A stretch of DNA of 64,000 nucleotides from contig OZ025675.1 in assembly GCA_964019335.1 (NCBI GenBank), positions 434,001 to 498,000 of the forward strand, in the 5' to 3' direction. The notes beneath the pieces were generated by a model. That model was not told the origin of the DNA, made no database searches, and saw only the letters and a program-made list of their open reading frames with translations. The position numbers and the translations under genes were made by a program. This stretch comes from Diplonema japonicum (taxonomy: Eukaryota > Protista > Euglenozoa: Diplonemea). The first letter of the stretch is position 1, and every line of letters begins with the position of its first letter. This document shows, piece by piece, positions 22,104 to 33,857 of the stretch.

Positions 22104-24326
22104 TTAAACTTTACTTACTTTACAGTTAATCTTTTCCTGGGCTGTCTCGTTCAACCTCACACACAGCTTGCTCAACTCCGGGTGTTCCTCTCTGAACTGT
22201 ATCAGGTGTCTCTGTGCGGCGTCGTGGTCACCATCCTCCACTGCCTTCCAGTACGGGTCAAGGAACGTGACTTTCTGTGTCTTCTCTGCCTCCAGCTGGT
22301 ACATCCACTCCTCTTCAGCAACTTCCACCTTCTGCTTTACCCAATGCATCCCAATCGTCACTCCTGTGTAAGACCTCACCTTGTCCACAAGGTGCACCGT
22401 CACCCCGTTCAGCCCGTCCACCACAGCATCAGACACAAAGACAGACGGTACGATCTCCAGCCCCCTCCCATGCAGCGCCATGTGCGACCCGACATCAACA
22501 AGATCCGACCCTATCACGTTGAACCTCTGCTGTGCGCTCCCAAGGATCCCGTGGAAGCTGGGCCCTGTGTTGATACCGATGTCCACGGGCATGATGTTGT
22601 TCACTGCTTCGTACAGCTCCAAGCCCAGGTACGAGCTGTACTGCTTGCTGGTGCTGCACGCACAGTGGCGTGCCGTGTTCCATGTGATGACGATCCTGTT
22701 CCCCTCCAGGTAGCTGATCACACCCTTGTTCGCCTTCGACAGGTCCACAATACGTCCGAAGAGCTGTGTGTGCCGTTCTACAGCAGAGTCGGGTCCCTGC
22801 CTGCAGGCCTCTGTGAAAGTTGCGAGTTGCACCGTCATGCTCGTCGCCGGTTTAGACAATCTCAGCCCCAAGGCCAACGAGAACATGTTCAGCCCCGGTC
22901 CTTTCGCTGTGCTCGCTAACGTCTTCGTTTCTGTCTTTGTATTATTGTCACTCACGCCGGAAGACTGTTCCACTTCACTTTCAGACTCCTCCACTTGTGC
23001 AGGCAAGAAGGCCTGTACCTGCTTCACCATCTCCACAGCATGCCAGAACCCACGGTACAAGGAATCAAGTTCAAACAGCACATGAGACGTCCCAACAGAC
23101 AGAACATCAGGGTGGTCCAGGTGCATGTCTGCCACCTTGTCGAAGGCCTTCGCCAGCCGTGTGAGGTTCATGGTGAAGGCAAGCGTCACAACTGTGGCGA
23201 TGATGACGGAGGAGATTATCAAGATGGTCACAATGATGGTGGTGTCCCTGTTCGAGTCGTAGATCTTCTGGAAGAACACCTTCTCAGGGATGAGCCCGAT
23301 GAGGTACCAACGGAGGTTGCTGTGGTACACAGGGAAGACCTGCAGCCAGTACTTGTCGCCGTGGCTGAAGGTCGAAAAGTACTCCTCGTCCCCTGTGAAG
23401 AGGGAGAGGTCAGGGAGGGCTGCATCCACAGTGTGATACAAGGTAAGGTTCATCGTGCGCAGGGTGTAGAAGACGAAGTTCGGCTTTCCATTGGGAAGGG
23501 TCCCGTTCTGGTAGTAGACCTTGTCAACATCGGTGGAGATGATAAGATCCCTGTTCCCATTAACAAGGAGGAGCGACGAGTCGTTGGACAGGAGGTACGA
23601 GTTCAGCGAGAAGAAGGAGAGGTAGAGTCCCACACCAGTGACCCCTATGAAGTCTGCTGGGTTGGGGGTGAGGGTGCGGAAAACAGGAGCCGTGAGGGCG
23701 GTGAAGGGACCACCCCCACCAGCTATCCCCGGGTTCAAGGCCACAGAGATGGGGATCCACCTGGGCCTGTTCTCACTGCGGTACTGCACGATGTTGGGGC
23801 CTTGTGTGAACATGGTGACGAAGGGCCGCTGGGAGACGTTGCGTGGTGCCGAGCCGTTAAAGGTGTTGATCCATGTCCCGTTCTCGGGGAAGTAGGGCTT
23901 CTGGAAGTCGAGGAAGGGCTCGTTGTTGAAGTAGACTGCGCTGCTAAGGACATCGATGAGCATCCCAAGGCCGTAGACATCCCCAAGGGCCCTGCTCCCG
24001 GGCAAGAAGAAGTACAGCTTGAAGAACCCTGACGACATGAAGAAGTGCGAGGCCCTCCGCACCCACACCTCAGGAGGGCTGTTCAGGCTGATGATGCCGT
24101 GTTCGATGTCGTTCTTCGCCGACACAATTGCATCCTCTGGCTCCTTCTGCAGCTTGAACTTGATCTCGCTCACCACTGTGTTCATCATCGCTGTCGCCAG
24201 CCTCTTCGATACGATGTCGATGCTGTCCTCTGCGTTGTTCTTCGTGATCACGAAAGCAAGCACAGACGACACCGCCACCAAGGCAGCCATCGTGGTCACA
24301 CCTACCACTGCTGTGGGGAGGCGCAT
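22104..24326 (-). CDS. family B copy B2 (mosaic of B1-like and B3-like parts)
   Basis: 740 aa; ectodomain nearly identical to B1, C-terminal ~170 aa essentially identical to B3. Confidence 0.9.
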   Translation of the reverse strand: MRLPTAVVGVTTMAALVAVSSVLAFVITKNNAEDSIDIVSKRLATAMMNTVVSEIKFKLQKEPEDAIVSAKNDIEHGIISLNSPPEVWVRRASHFFMSSGFFKLYFFLPGSRALGDVYGLGMLIDVLSSAVYFNNEPFLDFQKPYFPENGTWINTFNGSAPRNVSQRPFVTMFTQGPNIVQYRSENRPRWIPISVALNPGIAGGGGPFTALTAPVFRTLTPNPADFIGVTGVGLYLSFFSLNSYLLSNDSSLLLVNGNRDLIISTDVDKVYYQNGTLPNGKPNFVFYTLRTMNLTLYHTVDAALPDLSLFTGDEEYFSTFSHGDKYWLQVFPVYHSNLRWYLIGLIPEKVFFQKIYDSNRDTTIIVTILIISSVIIATVVTLAFTMNLTRLAKAFDKVADMHLDHPDVLSVGTSHVLFELDSLYRGFWHAVEMVKQVQAFLPAQVEESESEVEQSSGVSDNNTKTETKTLASTAKGPGLNMFSLALGLRLSKPATSMTVQLATFTEACRQGPDSAVERHTQLFGRIVDLSKANKGVISYLEGNRIVITWNTARHCACSTSKQYSSYLGLELYEAVNNIMPVDIGINTGPSFHGILGSAQQRFNVIGSDLVDVGSHMALHGRGLEIVPSVFVSDAVVDGLNGVTVHLVDKVRSYTGVTIGMHWVKQKVEVAEEEWMYQLEAEKTQKVTFLDPYWKAVEDGDHDAAQRHLIQFREEHPELSKLCVRLNETAQEKINCKVSKV

Positions 24327-24737
24327 CTTTTTTTTCTTTTAAAAGAGAAAAAGTACTTTTAGAAACCAAAAAGCCATTTTTGAATCCATTCAATTTAAAA
24401 ATTGACCTCCCCAATTTTGGACTTTTCATGCACATCTTTTACAAGTCAAATATCCACCTTGCTGTCTGACAACAAGGTCTTTTATTTGATTTTTCCACTA
24501 TCGTGTGCGAAATATGCTGGTCTTCCTTCCATGGAACATGCAAAACCTTGCTATAGTTGCTGTAGGCGAAGTCGTGGCTTTCGGGATTGCAAAAGATTGC
24601 GGATCTATATATATATCATGCGCTTTCTGTATGCACACCAGGAAAGAAGTTTGTGCAACGCGCGAAGACCTTTTTGCTAAGGCCGCCGAGATGTAACCCC
24701 CCCCCCCCCCCCCCCCCATTTTACTGGAAAAAAAAAG

Positions 24738-25180
24738 TTGTCTCGATTCAATGGTGCCATGCAGTATGTGACACAGCGGCCACCCTTGTGAAACTTCGCC
24801 CGAAGCCACCCAAGTCCCCTGTGTTCCCATAGAAAGTAAAAGTGGAGAGGTAAAGAAAGCTTGGAAATTGAAATAGGGAGCCACAGAAGCAATTAAACAC
24901 CAACTGGAGAGTATGTTGTGGGAGGCTTGCTTCACTGGCACGATGCCGCGGAGAGGCTACTTGCCTGACCTGGTGAAGCCACCTCCTTGTTCGATGTAAT
25001 GGGATAAGGGACTCTCCGTTGAGGGCGATGCTAACTGGCGCCACGCGTAGGGTGGGCTCTCCACCCCCGTCCAGGTTTCCCCACGTGTACGTCTTTAGAA
25101 CGAGAGTTTCCCTTTCGCTTGTGTTTCTCCAAACCACAATTACCAGGAACCACCACAGGGAGGTTAGAAACATTGGTCCC
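24738..25180 (-). mobile_element. retroposon 3' segment, family 3
   Basis: ~440-bp copy also at 32678-33121, short copy at ~29905-29945; minus-strand ORF stops ~10 nt before the T-tract junction. Confidence 0.65.
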
Positions 25181-25507
25181 CAAAAAAAAAGAAACTACAC
25201 TGTTAACTGAATCGTCCAATACTTCCAAAAGGCGATCTTGCAACGAGCACCACAGCCACTGCCAACGTGCTAAAAAATGGGCTAAACTCGCACACTGGTG
25301 TGTGAGCTTCAAGGGAGCTAAACGTTTCAGACATGGCGGCAGAAAAAGAAAAAGAAAAAGAGGGAGGAAGGGGGAATAGTGTCATCTCTAGCCTTGTGGC
25401 CTATGCTCATGGCCTATGCCTTTCATTTGTCGGGCGTTGTTTCCTATCAACGTAAACCGACGTTCTCTTTTAAACGTTTTCTATTTTACTTGGAAAAGCA
25501 AATAAAT

Positions 25508-25546
25508 TCACGATGATAGGAACGAAGTGGTTAGCAACGGCCCGCC
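25508..25546 (-). mobile_element. 39-nt micro-retroposon with 8-bp TSD
   Basis: AAATAAAT at 25500-25507 and 25547-25554 flanks the 39-nt core. Confidence 0.85.
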
Positions 25547-25554
25547 AAATAAAT

Positions 25555-25840
25555 ATAAGAGTTAAAGGAGGCCGGTGTTGGCGGCGCCCTGCACAAGAAC
25601 TGTCTACTTGGGGAGCGCACCGCGGCCAAGTTGTAGCTTCTTCTACGTTCCGTCGTGTCCTTAATGCGTGCGGTGTACAGCTCAACTCCAGCCGGGGCGT
25701 CCCGGATAACCAAGATTCTGCGCTCGTGCAGTTTGCTGCTTTTTCGTCACCCTGAGCATCTGCGTTACGTTCTTCCACTCGGGAGTGCGAACAACACATC
25801 TGATGTACTTCTTATATTTCCATGTTATCCCTACCACCTA
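25555..25840 (-). mobile_element. SINE-like element, copy 2 (small internal deletion)
   Basis: Aligns with 10944-11268. Confidence 0.8.
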
Positions 25841-26284
25841 AAGAAAAGAAATGGAACATTGGTTGAAATACTATTTGGCGTTAAGTGTGCAGCATGGTGG
25901 GGCTGTGCTAGGGTGTGTCCTTCGTGTCCAATCCCCAGCAGAGCGCTGGAGGAACGGATAGGGTCGAAGAACGCCGTAGAAAGGATACTCTCAGTGATGG
26001 TCTGTATCTTGCGGTTTGTGGTCTAGTTGCGGCGATCTCAGCTAGGGCCTTAAAAGAAACATCTCGGGAAGTATTTAGGAACAATACCCTTAAAAAGTTG
26101 CAGACAGGGCGGCTTGTGCAATGAAACACATGCATTTAAACTCTACTCACCTTACCGGCGTGTTCTATTTGTCGGACGTTGTTCCCATCACTCTTACACG
26201 TCTTATTTTTACTTGGAAAAGTAAAGAAATCAAGAAAAGAAACATCGTGGGAAGTATCTGGACAATCCCCTTAAAAGATTGCAT

Positions 26285-28486
26285 TTAAACTTTACTTACT
26301 TTACAGTTAATCTTTTCCTGGGCTGTCTCGTTCAACCTCACACACAGCTTGCTCAACTCCGGGTGTTCCTCTCTGAACTGTATCAGGTGTCTCTGTGCGG
26401 CGTCGTGGTCACCATCCTCCACTGCCTTCCAGTACGGGTCAAGGAACGTGACTTTCTGTGTCTTCTCTGCCTCCAGCTGGTACATCCACTCCTCTTCAGC
26501 AACTTCCACCTTCTGCTTTACCCAATGCATCCCAATCGTCACTCCTGTGTAAGACCTCACCTTGTCCACAAGGTGCACCGTCACCCCGTTCAGCCCGTCC
26601 ACCACAGCATCAGACACAAAGACAGACGGTACGATCTCCAGCCCCCTCCCATGCAGCGCCATGTGCGACCCGACATCAACAAGATCCGACCCTATCACGT
26701 TGAACCTCTGCTGTGCGCTCCCAAGGATCCCGTGGAAGCTGGGCCCTGTGTTGATACCGATGTCCACAGGCATGATCCCGTCCACTGCTTCGTACAGCTC
26801 CAAGCCCAGGTACGAGCTGTACTGCTTGCTGGCGCTGGTGGAACAGGAACGTGCCGTGTTCCATGTGACGATGATCTTGTTCCCCTCCAGGTAGCTGATC
26901 ACACCCTTGTAGGCCTTTACAAGCTCTGCGGCATGCGCGAAGACCTCCTTGTGTGCAGACGCAGCACTCTCGACACTCTTTTTGCATGTTTGTGAGAAGT
27001 TGCTGAGGTGCACCGTCATGCTCGTCGCAGAATTACATATCCTCAACCCCAAGGCAAACTGGCTCTTCGGACACTGAGACTCCTTAGCTGTGGACAAACT
27101 CGTTTTCGTCCTACAAGCTTCACTACCTGAAGAAAAGACATCTTCTGCACTCTCTAAGTCAGGTAAGAAGGCCTGTACCTGCTTCACCATCTCCACAGCA
27201 TGCCAGAACCCACGGTACAGGGAGTTCAGCTCAAACAGCACATGAGACCTCCCAACAGACAGAACATCAGGGTGGTCCAGGTGCATGTCTGCCACCTTGT
27301 CGAAGGCCTTCGCCAGCCGTGTGAGGTTCATGGTGAAGGCAAGCGTCACAACTGTGGCGATGATGACAGAGGTGATTATCAAGACGGTCACAATGATGGT
27401 GGTGTCCCTGTTCGAGTCGTAGATCTTCTGGAAGAACACCTTCTCAGGGATGAGCCCGATGAGGTACCAACGGAGGTTGCTGTGGTACACAGGGAAGACC
27501 TGCAGCCAGTACTTGTCGCCGTGGCTGAAGGTCGAAAAGTACTCCTCGTCCCCTGTGAAGAGGGAGAGGTCAGGGAGGGCTGCATCCACAGTGTGATACA
27601 AGGTAAGGTTCATCGTGCGCAGGGTGTAGAAGACGAAGTTCGGCTTCCCATTGGGAAGGGTCCCGTTCTGGTAGTAGACCTTGTCAACATCGGTGGAGAT
27701 GATAAGATCCCTGTTCCCATTAACAAGGAGGAGCGACGAGTCGTTGGACAGGAGGTACGAGTTCAGCGAGAAGAAGGAGAGGTAGAGTCCCACACCGGTG
27801 ACCCCTATGAAGTCTGCTGGGTTGGGAGTGGGGGTGCGGAACACAGGAGCCGTGAGGACGGTGAAGGGACCACCCCCACCAGCTACCCCCGGGTTCACGG
27901 CCACAGTGATGGGGATCCACCTGGGCCTGTTCTCACTGCGGTACTGCACGATGTTGGGGCCTTGTGTGAACATGGTGATGTAGGGCCGACCTGTGACGTT
28001 GACCGGTGCCGAGCCGTTAAAGGTGTTGATCCATGTCCCGTTCTCGGGGAAGTAGGGCTTCTGGAAGTCGATGAAAGGCTCGTTGTTGAAGTAGACCCCG
28101 AAACCAAGGGAGTCGATGAGCATCCCAAGGCCGTAGACATCCCCAAGGGCCCTGTTCCCGGACAGCACAAAGTACAGCTTGAAGAACTCTGACGACATGA
28201 AGAAGTGCGAGGCCCTCCGCACCCACACCTCAGGAGGGCTGTCCAGGCTGGTGAGGCCGTGCTCGATGTCGCTCTTCGCCGACATGATAGCTCTCTCTGG
28301 TTCCGTTTGCAGCTTGAACTTGATCTCACTCACCACTGTGTTCATCATCGATATCGCCAGCCTCTTCGACACGATGTCGATGCTGTCCTCTGCGTTGTTC
28401 TTCGTGATCACGAAAGCAAGCACAGACGACACCGCCACCAAGGCAGCCATCGTGGTCACACCTACCACTGCTGTGGGGAGGCGCAT
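26285..28486 (-). CDS. family B copy B3
   Basis: 733 aa from the ATG at 28486 (MRLPTAV, as in B1/B2); same architecture. Confidence 0.9.
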   Translation of the reverse strand: MRLPTAVVGVTTMAALVAVSSVLAFVITKNNAEDSIDIVSKRLAISMMNTVVSEIKFKLQTEPERAIMSAKSDIEHGLTSLDSPPEVWVRRASHFFMSSEFFKLYFVLSGNRALGDVYGLGMLIDSLGFGVYFNNEPFIDFQKPYFPENGTWINTFNGSAPVNVTGRPYITMFTQGPNIVQYRSENRPRWIPITVAVNPGVAGGGGPFTVLTAPVFRTPTPNPADFIGVTGVGLYLSFFSLNSYLLSNDSSLLLVNGNRDLIISTDVDKVYYQNGTLPNGKPNFVFYTLRTMNLTLYHTVDAALPDLSLFTGDEEYFSTFSHGDKYWLQVFPVYHSNLRWYLIGLIPEKVFFQKIYDSNRDTTIIVTVLIITSVIIATVVTLAFTMNLTRLAKAFDKVADMHLDHPDVLSVGRSHVLFELNSLYRGFWHAVEMVKQVQAFLPDLESAEDVFSSGSEACRTKTSLSTAKESQCPKSQFALGLRICNSATSMTVHLSNFSQTCKKSVESAASAHKEVFAHAAELVKAYKGVISYLEGNKIIVTWNTARSCSTSASKQYSSYLGLELYEAVDGIMPVDIGINTGPSFHGILGSAQQRFNVIGSDLVDVGSHMALHGRGLEIVPSVFVSDAVVDGLNGVTVHLVDKVRSYTGVTIGMHWVKQKVEVAEEEWMYQLEAEKTQKVTFLDPYWKAVEDGDHDAAQRHLIQFREEHPELSKLCVRLNETAQEKINCKVSKV

Positions 28487-28920
28487 CACGAATTATTCGG
28501 TCTTACACCTGGAAAGGGGGTACATGATGGGTAGGATAAAGGCAAGAAAAAATAAAAAGAGGGGCTCACTGTTCATTAAGAAAGTCACACTTAATAGGGC
28601 AATGTGCCTTGGTGATGCAGCGCACTTCTGGATGCGAACCAGTTGTACGGCGTAGTAGTGCATTATTTCAAAAAAAAAAAAAAAAGAGAAAGAGGAACTG
28701 GTTGTTACGTGCCGGGGTAGTCGGTGGCGTGCCCCTTTTTAGCTTAGACAAGTCAAAAGACTCGTTCTTGCAAAAAGGAATGCAATATACACATTGGGCA
28801 CTAAATGAGAATGGAACAAAGAGAAAAGAAAGATTAAACAACAAGCAAATTGGTACCACACATGCCACACAGCACGTGACGGGTACACTCCCCCGTGACC
28901 CCCCCCCTCTTTTTTTGAAA

Positions 28921-29209
28921 TAAGGACGGAAACGGATACGGGTTCCCCGTTTCTTGCCAACATAGCCTTAGGCATAGCTGTGAAACGAATCGGTTTTTGC
29001 ACATTTTAGAATTTTCAGATCTGAGCCCAGAAATATGCGAAAATAGTACAAAACTAGGTGAAAACTATATACTTGCAGCTTCCTGTCCTCAACCCTCCTC
29101 CAAAAACCAAAGGATTTTATTGCGAAAGTATACGCAGGTATGAGCGAAAACTGATTCGCATCACTACTATGCCTGGGGCTATGTTGGCAAAGAAACGCGT
29201 ATCCAAGCT
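28921..29209. mobile_element. MITE-like inverted-repeat element
   Basis: CGTTTCTTGCCAACATAGCCTTAGGCATAG pairs with CTATGCCTGGGGCTATGTTGGCAAAGAAACG; pieces recur at ~29228, 45757 and 51345-51420. Confidence 0.55.
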
Positions 29210-29497
29210 TTTTTTTTTTTTTGAAAGTACGGAAACTCGTTCTCCGTTTCTCTGCCAATGTAGCCCTGGAGTGGCAACGGATGGAATATTCGGATTTTTT
29301 TTTTTTTTTTTTGCGTAACCACCAAAGTCCTGTAAGGATATTTATTAACTTTCGCTTTGTGGTTTGATCAAAGAGAAAACAAAGGCGTCGATTGTTGTTT
29401 GTACAAGTTGCCACTACATTTTTTATTTATTTATTTATTTTTTTTTTTTTTTTATATTTTAGCAGAATAAAAAAGAAAAGCAAGAAAAAGAAAAAAA

Positions 29498-29607
29498 ACT
29501 AGTTTGGGCGCTCCATTTGTTTGTGCGCACGAGCGGGATTTTACCTAATAAAATAGCTCATTACGCTGCCATCAAATAGTTTTTCGTCTCGACAATAATA
29601 TTGTTAA
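29498..29607. repeat. ~110-bp dispersed repeat
   Basis: Copy at 41634-41743; partial inverted copy at ~17635-17680. Confidence 0.75.
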
Positions 29608-30239
29608 ATTAAAAAAGAAAGAAAAAAAAACCCCAAAAAAAACCCGTTTTTCGTTCGTTTTCATTCTTTTTGAGCAAGAAAGAAAAATGCGAAATTCTTT
29701 ATTCGCACATTATCTCGCCCCCCCCCCCCTTTTTTTTCCTTTTCTAAATTGAGAAGTCCTGCGCTTTTTGGTACTTTTCTGGGTTCAAGTCGTGGTTTTG
29801 GAAGAAGAAAAAAAAAAGAGCTTTGAATTAAAACACTTTTAAGTAGGGACACAACATTCTCAGGGAAGTAAATAAATAGGCAGGCGCATCTGACAAAAAA
29901 AAAAGCTATCTCGATTTTAATGGTGCCATGCAGTACGTGACGAGGGTCCAAAAAAAAAAAAAAGAAGAAAGAAAAAAAAATAAAAGAAAACTGTAAACTA
30001 AGAAATCCCCAGGAATTTTTACCTTGTGTGAAAAAAAAAAAAGAGACATTTAAGGGTACCTGCGGTATGTGGCAGGACGCCTGAAAAAAAAAAAGGTTTC
30101 ACCATTTTCCCAAAGAAATATTCGCTGTTTTTTTTTTTTTCTTCTTTTTTTTTTCCAGTTTTTTCTTCGAGAATATCATATTTTTCTGGTGAAATATTTT
30201 TTCTTGGTTTACAGTACATAAAATCTCAAAAAAAAATAA

Positions 30240-30812
30240 CTATTTATTGCCAACAAATAATGAGTCATTATTTAACTCGAGTTCCCGAATTTTTTGCACG
30301 AGGGCCCGCAGGGCCCTCGTGCAAAAAAACGGGTAACGAGTGTTAAATAATGGCTCATTTGGCGGCAAGTAAGTCGTTTTATTTCACTCTTCGTCATTTG
30401 AGTCACTCACTCTTCACTGCTTTCACTGCTGTTTTTTTTCACGCAGGTCAGCTTTTTGGGGATTTTCCTAAGGTAATACAGGGTAGCTATTTCGCCGTGG
30501 CATTTAAAGGGGAAGTAAGGCACTTATTCCCACTTTTAAGGGCTGGAATGGCCTCAGATGGCCAAAAATAGTCAAAATACCCCCACCCCAAAAAAATTTT
30601 TCAAGGGGTTGGGTGCATTTTTTTCCACGACAAGACCCATTTTTTCACTCTGAAGGGCCATTATTTAACTGCAAAATCTCATTATTTAACTAGTTAAATA
30701 ATGGCGATTTCGCGTTAAATAATGGCCGTTTCGCGTTAAATAATGGCCATTTCGCGTTAAATAATGAGGCCCCTAGTGAGTGAAGAAAATGACGAAGAGT
30801 GAAATAAAAATA
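30240..30812. mobile_element. Crypton-like non-autonomous element, family 3
   Basis: Terminal hairpin TTTTTTGCACGAGGGCCCGCAGGGCCCTCGTGCAAAAAA; TTTTATTTCACTCTTCGTCATTT (~30377) inverted at ~30788-30810; rearranged partial copy at 31703-31935. Confidence 0.6.
30693..30766 (+). repeat. 21-bp tandem repeat x3.5 (GTTAAATAATGGCCRTTTCGC)
   Basis: Directly visible; the same GTTAAATAATG motif lies in the element's hairpin stem. Confidence 0.85.
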
Positions 30813-31440
30813 AAAATAAAAAGAAACAGAACAAGAAACATCCTTAACACAAAAAATGGCGAATAGTAGCTGAACGAGCAATTTTCTTTTTTTTTTTTTT
30901 AAAAGAATTCTTCTAAAAACAGTGTGCTTCCACCCGCGCACCGAAATTTATCAAAAAAAAAACTTTTTTTTTCCCCGGTAATCCATTGAGAAACTGACGA
31001 AAAAAAAAAACACCCCCTAAAGAAAGAGGAACTGGCCGTTGTTTGTACGTTGCCAACGTTCCCCTTTTGTTTAGACAAGTCCTAGACTCGTTCTTGCAAA
31101 AAAAGGGGGGGGGGGGAGACAGTTTTTTACCCTATGTTTTCTAGTATTTTAACTCGCTATATGTTACTTTTGGAATGCCTCTTCCTCAGTTTAAGGGGAG
31201 GGGGGTTCTTATAAATCTCGTATTCTTTTTTTTTTTTTTTTTTTTTTTCCATTTCTTTATCGTCTTCCTTCTTCCAAAAAGTTCAAACAAAAACACTTGT
31301 AATAGAACAGAAAAATTCAATGTTGAATTCTTTATGACTATATGATAGATAAATATTTGTAACAAAAAGAAATCAATCTTTTAACATCAAGGTGAAAGGG
31401 GCGGGGGTGTCTGTAGCCATACTACACATTAGAGTGAGTG

Positions 31441-31672
31441 ACAAAAGCCCTTCATTCATTGAAAGGAGTCTTGTTTTGAAAAAAAAAAAAAAAGTTAAAC
31501 TACACATTGGAGTGAGTGCAACCTGTGCGGCACCACCTCTTGGCCCCCGTTTCCTCACGGTAGGGGGGGGGGGGGTTTTCTTTTGCCGACATAAGCTACT
31601 CGCTTAAGGGGAGGTGTCGTTACGCACCTAGACCCGGCCAAAGAAATTTTAAAACGAGCGATAAATAAAAAT
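31441..31672 (+). repeat. ~230-bp dispersed repeat ending in AATAAA and an A-tract
   Basis: Inverted near-identical copy at ~40112-40347. Confidence 0.8.
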
Positions 31673-32537
31673 AAAAAGAAAAAAAAAAACTACTAAAAAC
31701 TACTTTATTTCACTCTTCGTCATTTTTCTTACACTCACAGGGGATCTACCCAACCCCTTGAAAGATTCTTTTTGGAGGATGGGGTATTTTTGACTATTTT
31801 TAGCCATCTGAGGCCATTTCCGGCCCTTAAAAGTGGGAATAAGTGCTTTACTTCCCCTTTAAATGCCACGGCGAAATAGCTACCCCGTATTACCTTAGGA
31901 AAATCCCCAAAAAGGCTGACCTGCGATATACACGACATTCTGCAAAAAAAAAAAAAAATAAGATTTTTGAGTTAAAGGAAGTCTTTGTGAGACGCCCCCT
32001 TGTTCTCATCCTCTACCTGCACCTATCCCCAAAAAAAAGGGGGGGGGGGGGAACTTTCTTAAGGGGCTAACTGATCCTGGCCCTCTTCACAGGAAACAGG
32101 TTGTTAATTCACCACCGTGAAAGTATCGATTCGTTTTGTATTTGCACCGCCCGTTGATACCTCAGAAGATTAATTTAAAAAAAAAAAAGAAAAAGGAAAA
32201 TACTGGTAGTGAGAGGGAACGCGCAAAGGCTTTTTTTTATTATTTTTTGAAAATAACGAAAAAGGATGGGGCAAAGAGGCTGATCGATCTTTTGTCATAA
32301 TTAAACAATCGAGGGGGGGAACGGGGCTTTCTTTCTTTTTTTTTTTTCTTTTTTTTCTGAAGGGAGAAGAACCTTTTGCCTTCCCCAGTCCACAAAAAAA
32401 GAATAGCTTTTGACAGAAACTTAAAGAAATAAGAATTAAAAAAAAAAAAAGTAGGGGACACCGACACCTCAATAAATTCTAAAAGTGTCGCGGACGTAGT
32501 CCTGACGAGGGGGGGTTTTGCGAAAAAAAAAAAAAAA

Positions 32538-32668
32538 AACTCGATCTATTTTTGCGGCGCTGGTTGGTGCCCACCGTGGACAGGGGATCCTACACGTGCC
32601 TGTCACCATTCTGCGGTTGCATCCTGGTGCCGGCCGTCGGGGTTTGCCTGTCCGTCATGGACGGCATT
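32538..32668 (-). mobile_element. LINE family-2 3'-end fragment
   Basis: Same ACTCGATCTATTTTTGCGG terminus as 38334. Confidence 0.7.
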
Positions 32669-32677
32669 GGAAAAAAA

Positions 32678-33121
32678 GGTTGTCTCGATTTTAGTGGTGC
32701 CATGCAGTATGTGACACAGCGGCCACCCTTGTGAAACTTCGCCCCGAAGCCACCCAAGTCCCCTGTGGTCCCGTAGAAAGTAAAAGTGGAGAGGTAAAGA
32801 AAGCTTGGAAATTGAAATAGGGAGAGGGGCCACAGAAGCTATTAAACACCAACTGGAGAGTTGTGGGAGGCTTGCTTCACTGGCACGATGCCGCGGGGAG
32901 GCTACTTGCCTGACCTGGTGAAGCCACCTCCTTGTTCGATGTAATGGGATAAGGGACTCTCCGTTGAGGGCGATGCTAACTGGCGCCACGCGTAGGGTGG
33001 GCTCTCCACCCCCGTCCAGGTTTCCCCACGTGTACGGCTTTAGAACGAGAGTTTCCCTTTCGCTTGTGTTTCTCCAAACCACAATTACCAGGAACCACCA
33101 CAGGGAGGTTGGAAACATTGG
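32678..33121 (-). mobile_element. retroposon 3' segment, family 3, copy 2
   Basis: Aligns with 24738-25180. Confidence 0.7.
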
Positions 33122-33497
33122 TAAAAAAAAAAAAAAGGAAAATTCAGGGGATGTTGAAGGAGTCGTCGAGGGCCAGTGAAATTCTATGAAAGACTATTGG
33201 TGAATATAAGATTTGATGATTTCGCTTGTTGTGGCACGTTTGGACTAAAGAAGCTGATATTAACTGTCATTACTTCACCCGTCAAACCACTGCCACCCAC
33301 GCGTGAAATCATAGGATTTTTATTACACCCGAACCCGGTAATTTTACTTATTGTCACCAAATGAGCACCATGTATTTTAAACCTCACTTCCTTTATCCCA
33401 CTCTTCTTTTTTTTTTTCTTTACGACAAATGAGTTAAAACGTATGGCTATAACCTTAATTTCCGGTAATAACGAGCTATTTTCTGCTTTCTTTCTTT

Positions 33498-33530
<33 letters not shown>

Positions 33531-33809
33531 CTTTTGCTTTCTTAGTTTATCTTTTAACTTTTTTTTTAATGACGGAGCTTGAACAGAATCACGCCCACCA
33601 TGGTGTGCATCGTGCTGTGCTAAAAAGCAAATACTGAGTTCTAGAAGAGGTCTTTGTGAGACGCCCTCCCTGTTCTCGATCTACTAATCACCACTCTCCG
33701 TGGCTGGTCTGAAATAACAGAAAGGGAATAAAAGGGGGGAAGGGGGGCCATGCAGCAGGCGGCGAACTGTGTCCAGGATACATTAGGTAAACCATCACTG
33801 CCGCCATGC

Positions 33810-33841
<32 letters not shown>

Positions 33842-33857
33842 AGAGAAACAACGTACA

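Noticed and set aside
17909-28192. Long plus-strand ORFs (245-345 aa) antisense to family B genes, and similar ones opposite family A
   Set aside because: Shadow ORFs caused by GC3-rich codon usage on the real strand.
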